Below are positions 58,854 to 64,000 of a DNA stretch of 64,000 nt, in pieces. The position numbers and the translations under genes are program-made. The first letter of the stretch is position 1; every line of letters starts with the position of its first letter. This DNA comes from Nitriliruptorales bacterium (GTDB lineage Bacteria > Actinomycetota > Nitriliruptoria > Euzebyales > JAHELV01), in NCBI GenBank assembly GCA_024644015.1, contig JAHELV010000002.1, forward strand, positions 57,799 through 121,798. The letters are read 5' to 3'. The notes beneath the pieces are model-generated. The model was not told the DNA's origin. It did no database searches and saw only the letters and a list, made by a program, of their open reading frames with translations.

Positions 58854-59011
58854 CCGCCGGCTGTGCTCGCAGGCGCTCGTGATGACGACTACGGTCGCCT
58901 GCTGCGACATGGCTGCAGGAGTCTCGACAGCCGCTCCAGCTTGATCTGTACGCCAGCTCCGATCGTGGCAGTGGTGGGCGCTCCAGCCGCACGTTGAATC
59001 GCGCGATGAGC

Positions 59012-59131
59012 TCATCGCCGGGACAGCCGGCCGGTGATGACTTCGTCGGCCCCGACGGCCAGCACGGTCTTGCGAAGTGTGTTGACGGTGAACCGCTCGG
59101 GGTTGACTGCGGTCGGCGACGTGACAGTCAT
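59012..59131 (-). CDS. Candidate small ORF or gene remnant (39 aa), divergent from ppdK
   Basis: The translation is MTVTSPTAVNPERFTVNTLRKTVLAVGADEVITGRLSRR. GC3 is very high, unlike the surrounding non-coding sequence. I see no RBS. The ATG abuts the AT-rich patch CTATAACTACAT. It is below the ORF-track length cutoff. Confidence 0.2.
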   Translation of the reverse strand: MTVTSPTAVNPERFTVNTLRKTVLAVGADEVITGRLSRR

Positions 59132-59311
59132 CTATAACTACATCGACCGTGCCGGACGCAGATCGACCGATCGTTGCCGGACCGCACTAGCATCAGTACC
59201 GAACCGGGTCCATCGGCCCCGCGATGACGTGCGAAACGGCCCTGGCCGGCCACCACGCACCGACGACGCTTCCGATCGGACGCGCCCACACGTACGACGG
59301 AGGAGCCTGGC

Positions 59312-62023
59312 GTGACCAAGACGTGGATCTACCGGTTCGATCAGCTCGCCGACGCCGAGAAGCACGCCGGCGGGACGTGGGACGACGTCCGCAGACTGTT
59401 GGGCGGCAAGGGGGCGAACCTGGCGGACATGACCCGGTTGGGAATCCCCGTGCCGCCCGGGTTCACCGTGACCACCGAGGCGTGCCTGGCGTACCTGGCG
59501 GAAGGCGACGGACTCCCGGACACGATGGTTGCGCAGGTTCGGGATGCGCTGGCGTCGGTCGAGCAGATGACCGACAGGGTCTTTGGCGGCAGCGAAAGGC
59601 CGCTGCTCGTGTCGTGCCGGTCGGGCGCCAAGTTCTCGATGCCCGGGATGATGGACACCGTCCTCAACATCGGGTTGAACGACGAGACCGCCGAGGGCCT
59701 GATCCGGGAGACCGGTGATGAGCGGTTCGTGTACGACTCCTACCGCCGTTTGGTGCAGATGTTCGGCACCGTGGTGCTGGGCCTGCGGGACGAGTTGTTC
59801 GAGCACGTACTCGCCGACGCCCGCACCAGGCAGGGGCTCGACACCGACGCGCAGCTTCCGGCGGTCGTCCTCCACGAGATCGTCGAGCGGTTCAAGGGCA
59901 TCGCGGGGCGGTTCCCCGAAGATCCGTTTGAGCAGCTGCGCATGGCGATCGAGGCGGTGTTCACGTCGTGGCGGGGCAAGCGCGCCGTCGATTACCGCAA
60001 GGCCGCGGGCATCTCTCACGACCTGGGGACCGCCGTCAACGTGCAGACCATGGTCTTTGGAAACCTGGGTGCCAGGTCGGTGACGGGGGTCGCCATGAGC
60101 AGGAGCGGCGCGACTGGAGCCCCTGGACTCGAAGGTGACTTCCTGGTCAACGCCCAGGGCGAGGACGTCGTGAGCGGGACCCGTGCGACGACGTCACTGG
60201 ACAGCCTCGAGCAGGCCTTTCCCGAGATCCACGCCGAACTGACCAGCGTCGCACGCCGGCTGGAAGGCCACTACCGCGACATGCAGGACATCGAGTTCAC
60301 GGTTGAGGAGGGCAAGCTGTGGCTGCTGCAGACACGTGACGGCAAGCGCACGGCGCAGGCGGCAGTGCGTATCGCCGTGGACATGGTGCACGAAGGTCTG
60401 ATCGCCCGTGAGGATGCGGTTCTCCGGGTCGAACCGGCGCAGGTCGACTTCTTCCTGCATCCGCAGCTGTCGATGCCGTCGCGGCGGGCCGCCGTCAGCG
60501 AGCAGCGGCTGCTCGGCAGAGGTCTCAACGTGTCGCCGGGTGCGGCTGTCGGCGTCGTCGCGTTCGACCCCGACCTCGCCGAGCGCTGGACCGGTGAAGG
60601 CCGGACGGTCATCCTGGTCCGGCCCGAGACCAAGCCCGATGACGTGCACGGCATGCTCGCGGCCGAGGGCATCGTCACCAGCCGCGGCGGTCGTACCAGC
60701 CACGCGGCGCTGGTCGCCCGGCAGTTCGGCAAGCCAGCCGTCGTCGGGGTTGGCGAGCTGGACATCGACCTGGTTCGCAGGCGCGCGTCCGTCGGCGCGA
60801 CGCTCATCGAGGAGGGCGACTGGCTGAGTATCGACGGCACGACTGGTGAGATCTTCGAGGGTCAACTGGACACAGTGGTGCCCGACATCACCGACCGCTG
60901 GCTCAGCACGCTGCTGGGGTGGGCCGACGACTTCCGCCGGTTGCGCATCCGCGCCAATGCCGACTACCCCGCCGACGCCGAGCGTGCGCGCAGCTACGGC
61001 GCCGAGGGCATCGGCCTGTGTCGGACCGAGCACATGTTCTTCGAAACCGAACGGCTGCCGATCGTGCGGCGCATGATCATGAGTGACGCGACAGCGGAGC
61101 GCCGCGCGGCGCTCGATGAACTCCTGCCGCTGCAGCGTGACGACTTCCTGGGGTTGTTCCGGGCGATGAAGGGCAGACCGGTGGTCATCCGGCTGCTGGA
61201 CCCGCCGCTGCACGAGTTCCTGCCGCAACACGAAGAGCTCAGCGACCGGGTCACCGACGCCAAGATCCGGCTACGCGTGGCGGCATCGCTGGAGGACATC
61301 GACGAGCTGCTCGCCAGGCTGAGCGAAGACCAGACGCTGCGTGACCGCGTCGACGCGTTGCGCGAGGCCAACCCGATGCTAGGGCTCCGTGGTGTGCGTC
61401 TTGCGATGCGCTATCCCGAGATCGCGCAGATGCAGGCACGAGCGGTGTTCGAAGCCGCCTGCGATGCGGTGGACGAAGGCGTCGACCCGCGGCCCGAGAT
61501 CATGGTCCCGCTGACGTCGCACGCGGAGGAGTTGCGACGCGTCCGTGCGCTGGTCGAGAAGGAGGCGCGTCGGGTCCTGGAGGAACGCACTGCCGAGGTC
61601 GACTATCAGATCGGCACGATGATCGAAACCCCCCGCGCCGCGCTGATCGCCGGTCAGCTCGCGAAGGACGCCGAGTTCTTCTCGTTCGGCACGAACGACC
61701 TCACGCAGACGACCTTCGCGATCAGCCGGGACGACGCGGAAGCCGGGTTCCTCGTCGAGTACCTGGCGAGTGGGATCCTGGCGCACAACCCGTTCGCCAC
61801 GATCGACACCGATGGCGTCGGCGTCCTGATCGACATGGCCACCCGCCGCGGACGGGACGCGCGAGCCGGTCTGGAGATCGGCGTCTGTGGCGAGCACGGC
61901 GGCGACCCCACCAGCATCGCCTGGTGTCACGAGCATGGGCTCGACTACGTCAGCTGCTCACCGTACCGCGTGCCCATCGCCCGGCTGGCCGCCGGTCAGG
62001 CCGCATTGGACGCCGCCGGATGA
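59312..62023 (+). CDS. ppdK: Pyruvate, phosphate dikinase
   Basis: GGAGGAG RBS, GTG 59312. N-terminus: LLGGKGANLADMTRLGIPVPPGFTVTTEAC. Phosphohistidine swivel: TSRGGRTSHAALVARQFGKPAV. PEP-utilising C-terminus: GIGLCRTEHMF...FFSFGTNDLTQ...GVCGEHGGDP...YVSCSPYRVP. Confidence 0.95.
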   Translation: MTKTWIYRFDQLADAEKHAGGTWDDVRRLLGGKGANLADMTRLGIPVPPGFTVTTEACLAYLAEGDGLPDTMVAQVRDALASVEQMTDRVFGGSERPLLVSCRSGAKFSMPGMMDTVLNIGLNDETAEGLIRETGDERFVYDSYRRLVQMFGTVVLGLRDELFEHVLADARTRQGLDTDAQLPAVVLHEIVERFKGIAGRFPEDPFEQLRMAIEAVFTSWRGKRAVDYRKAAGISHDLGTAVNVQTMVFGNLGARSVTGVAMSRSGATGAPGLEGDFLVNAQGEDVVSGTRATTSLDSLEQAFPEIHAELTSVARRLEGHYRDMQDIEFTVEEGKLWLLQTRDGKRTAQAAVRIAVDMVHEGLIAREDAVLRVEPAQVDFFLHPQLSMPSRRAAVSEQRLLGRGLNVSPGAAVGVVAFDPDLAERWTGEGRTVILVRPETKPDDVHGMLAAEGIVTSRGGRTSHAALVARQFGKPAVVGVGELDIDLVRRRASVGATLIEEGDWLSIDGTTGEIFEGQLDTVVPDITDRWLSTLLGWADDFRRLRIRANADYPADAERARSYGAEGIGLCRTEHMFFETERLPIVRRMIMSDATAERRAALDELLPLQRDDFLGLFRAMKGRPVVIRLLDPPLHEFLPQHEELSDRVTDAKIRLRVAASLEDIDELLARLSEDQTLRDRVDALREANPMLGLRGVRLAMRYPEIAQMQARAVFEAACDAVDEGVDPRPEIMVPLTSHAEELRRVRALVEKEARRVLEERTAEVDYQIGTMIETPRAALIAGQLAKDAEFFSFGTNDLTQTTFAISRDDAEAGFLVEYLASGILAHNPFATIDTDGVGVLIDMATRRGRDARAGLEIGVCGEHGGDPTSIAWCHEHGLDYVSCSPYRVPIARLAAGQAALDAAG

Positions 62024-62060
62024 TGACGCTCGCAGAGCCGGGTGTGCGCAGGACCACGAC

Positions 62061-63089
62061 ATGACGTACCGCGCGGACCCCAACCGCTATGACCGCCTGG
62101 TCTACCGCCGGTGCGGGCGTAGTGGCGTGCGCCTCCCCGCGATCACGCTGGGACTGTGGCAGAACTTCGGCGACGCCGCACCGTTCGCCACGGTCCGCTC
62201 GATGCTCACGCGCGCGTTCGATCTCGGGGTCAACCACTTCGACCTCGCGAACAACTACGGCCCGCCGTACGGCTTCGCCGAGGAAGCGTTCGGGCGCGTC
62301 CTCGCGACCGATCTCGCCGCCTACCGCGACGAGCTGTTCATCTCGACCAAGGCCGGCTACGACATGTGGCCGGGCCCCTACGGCATCGGGGGCTCCCGCA
62401 AGTACCTGCTCGCCAGTCTGGACCAGAGTCTGGCGCGCATGGGGGTGGACTACGTCGACGTCTTCTACTCCCACCGTTTCGACCCGGACACGCCGCTGGA
62501 GGAGACAATGGGCGCGCTTGCCAGCGCGGTCCAGCAAGGCAAGGCGCTGTACGTGGGCATCTCGTCGTACTCGCCGGCTACGACCCGCCAGGCCGCGGCG
62601 CTGCTACGCGACATGGGGGTCCCGCTGCTCATCCACCAGCCGTCCTACTCGATCCTCAACCGCTGGATCGAGACCGAGCTGCTCGACGTGCTCGCCGACG
62701 AGGGTGTCGGCTGCATCGCGTTCTCGGCGCTCGCGCAGGGCATGCTCACGGCGAAGTATCTCGACGGGGTGCCGGAGGATTCCCGGGCCGTCCAGTCGGG
62801 TTCGCTGAAGCGTGAGTGGTTGACCCCTGCGAACCTGCGGCAGATCCGGCATCTCAACGAGATCGCTGCGGCGCGCGGTCAGTCGCTGGCGCAGATGGCC
62901 GTCGCATGGACCTTGCGCGACGAGCGCGTGACGTCGGCGTTGATCGGTGCGCGCAACGTGTCGCAGCTCGAGGAGAACATCTCGGCGCTCGACCGGCTCG
63001 CGTTCTCCGACGACGAGCTGGCCCAGATCGACACGACCGTGACCGACGCCGGCGTCGACCTGTGGGCGACCTCGCGAGAAGCGGGCTAG
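62061..63089 (+). CDS. mgrA: Aldo/keto reductase, L-glyceraldehyde-3-phosphate reductase (YghZ/Gpr)-like
   Basis: I trimmed the track ORF to ATG 62061. It is near-colinear with E. coli YghZ as recalled: RCGRSGVRLPAITLGLWQNFG...FDLANNYGPPYG.AEE.FGR...YRDELFISTKAGYDMWPGPYGIGGSRKYLLASLDQSL.RMG.DYVD.FYSHR...GKALYVGISSYSP...LLIHQPSYS.LNRW. Confidence 0.9.
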   Translation: MTYRADPNRYDRLVYRRCGRSGVRLPAITLGLWQNFGDAAPFATVRSMLTRAFDLGVNHFDLANNYGPPYGFAEEAFGRVLATDLAAYRDELFISTKAGYDMWPGPYGIGGSRKYLLASLDQSLARMGVDYVDVFYSHRFDPDTPLEETMGALASAVQQGKALYVGISSYSPATTRQAAALLRDMGVPLLIHQPSYSILNRWIETELLDVLADEGVGCIAFSALAQGMLTAKYLDGVPEDSRAVQSGSLKREWLTPANLRQIRHLNEIAAARGQSLAQMAVAWTLRDERVTSALIGARNVSQLEENISALDRLAFSDDELAQIDTTVTDAGVDLWATSREAG

Positions 63090-63157
63090 GCCTGCCGTCT
63101 CGTCCGGCCGTTCACCGCACGCCGGCGCCCGACTGACGACAACGAGGATCCATCAGC

Positions 63158-63469
63158 TCACGCTGCTGGCTGGGTACCCCATTCGGCCTGTAGCGCCGCC
63201 GTCTGTACGTCAGGGACGCCGACTGACACATGCATGTGAACCAGACGCCACCGAGCGTCGGTCTTGTGCATGACGGCGGTCAGCCGCGTCGCCCAGGCTG
63301 TCCCATCGTCGAAGACGAAGCTCGGCTCGTCCACCGCCCACCCAAGCGTGCCCTCTGCGTAGCCCACCGGATCACGTCCCCGGCGCAGCACGAACCCCTC
63401 GGTCTCGAATCCGAGACGGATCGGATGGCTTGTTGCAATCTGATCTCCGTAGGCCGAAGCTTCCTTCAC
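63158..63469 (-). pseudogene. SnoaL/NTF2-like domain fragment (C-terminal two-thirds only); possibly truncated
   Basis: GTLGWAVDEPSFVFDDGTAWATRLTAVMHKTDARWRLVHMHVSV is the C-terminal beta-sheet pattern of NTF2-like proteins. The usual N-terminal helices are absent. Upstream in-frame sequence is antisense to the LuxR-type gene and is Arg/Pro-rich. GTG 63469 is the only plausible start. Confidence 0.35.
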
Positions 63470-63517
63470 CGCGGGGCCCCTGCGCGGGGCCCGCCACGGA
63501 GTGGAGGCTGGCGGCGA

Positions 63518-64000
63518 ATGCGGCTGCGATGCCCGGTCATCATCGGACGAGATGGCGAGCTCGCCCGATTGCGCGAGCTCGTCGAGGGCGTCCGTTCTGG
63601 ACATGGCGGGGCGGTCGGGTTGGTGGGCGAGGCTGGTGTGGGCAAGACCCGGCTGGCCGACGAGGCGCTGCGCCTCGCCGAGGGCGCCGACCTCTCGGGG
63701 CTCGTCGGCCGCACCACGCACATCGGCCAGCAGACGTGGCTGGCGCCCTACGCCGGAGCGCTGGCAGGCATCGCCGCACGCGACACCCGCAACCCACTGC
63801 CCGCCCTGGCCGACCTTCGTCCCCTGCTTGCGCACCTGCTGCCAGCGTTCGGCGACGCCGCGTTCCCCGCCATCGAGCCGTCCCCGGTGCTGATCGGCGA
63901 CGCGTTCGTGCGCGCGGTTGCCGCCGCCACCGATGGCGCGCTGGTCGTCCTCGAAGACATCCACGACATGGCGGACGACGCGTTGAGCGTGCTCGCGCAC
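63518..64000 (+). CDS. Large ATP-binding (AAA_16/STAND) LuxR-family-type regulator, N-terminal fragment running off the window
   Basis: This ORF is not in the supplied track because it has no stop within the window. GGAGG at 63503-63507, ATG 63518. I translated it by hand: MRLRCPVIIGRDGELARLRELVEGVRSGHGGAVGLVGEAGVGKTRLADEALRLAEG...GALVVLEDIHDMADDALSVLAH (P-loop and Walker B). Confidence 0.75.
   Translation, partial: MRLRCPVIIGRDGELARLRELVEGVRSGHGGAVGLVGEAGVGKTRLADEALRLAEGADLSGLVGRTTHIGQQTWLAPYAGALAGIAARDTRNPLPALADLRPLLAHLLPAFGDAAFPAIEPSPVLIGDAFVRAVAAATDGALVVLEDIHDMADDALSVLAH

Noticed and set aside
1-64000. Search for tRNA, rRNA, CRISPR repeats, sigma-54 promoters (for the aco-like operon) and obvious riboswitch cores.
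   Set aside because: I found no T-loop-like GGTTCGAATCC outside coding frames and no regularly spaced repeats other than the 7-mer at 52544. I found no TGGCAC-N5-TTGC upstream of 23345. This was a visual scan only, so small or divergent RNAs could have been missed.

Overview
This is a very GC-rich, actinobacterial-type chromosomal segment. Third codon positions are almost always G or C. F420-, mycothiol/DinB-, SARP- and ECF-type genes are present. Coding density is high: I support about 55 protein genes. I found no rRNA, tRNA, CRISPR array, transposase or integrase. Most long ORFs in the six-frame track are antisense or chimeric artefacts of the GC bias; their translations are rich in Arg, Pro, Gly and Ala.

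Recognisable content, in order:
- SDR fragment, BNR-repeat protein and Zn-dependent alcohol dehydrogenase.
- A mer-like locus: ArsR-type regulator, disulfide-reductase flavoprotein and MerB.
- MFS transporter.
- A 1203-aa SARP-ATPase-LuxR hybrid regulator followed by two FAD-linked oxidase paralogs.
- An ABC-2 permease with an unusual alpha/beta-hydrolase::ABC-ATPase fusion.
- F420-type PPOX and LLM enzymes.
- An operon of DHA2 MFS, AcoX-like kinase, E1 alpha, E1 beta and a free lipoyl domain.
- AMP nucleosidase, a CBS-domain membrane protein and an SLC13 permease.
- A glycan cluster: GT4, GH130, GT4 and an unknown gene.
- An operon of FMN reductase, a Rieske::TPP-enzyme fusion and an unknown gene.
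- An ECF sigma and ZAS anti-sigma operon carrying three uncharacterised genes, two of them secreted.
- CPA2 antiporter.
- ADP-forming acyl-CoA synthetase and crotonase with a divergent LysR regulator.
- TetR regulator with a DinB/MDMPI enzyme, a DUF1707 protein and a rhodanese.
- A second SARP/NB-ARC/TPR regulator, divergent from a CDGSH iron-sulfur protein.
- ppdK and an L-glyceraldehyde-3-phosphate reductase-like aldo/keto reductase.
- The 5' end of a LuxR-family ATPase regulator that runs off the window and is missing from the ORF track.

The best candidates for undescribed biology are the Rieske::TPP three-gene redox operon (36024-39806), the ECF/ZAS-controlled operon of unknown and secreted proteins (39962-44230), and the exo-hydrolase::ABC-ATPase fusion (14266-17777). 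The non-canonical mer locus and the E1/free-lipoyl-domain operon follow.

All family calls come from motif recognition by eye, with no database search. Start codons are uncertain by some tens of nucleotides in several genes.
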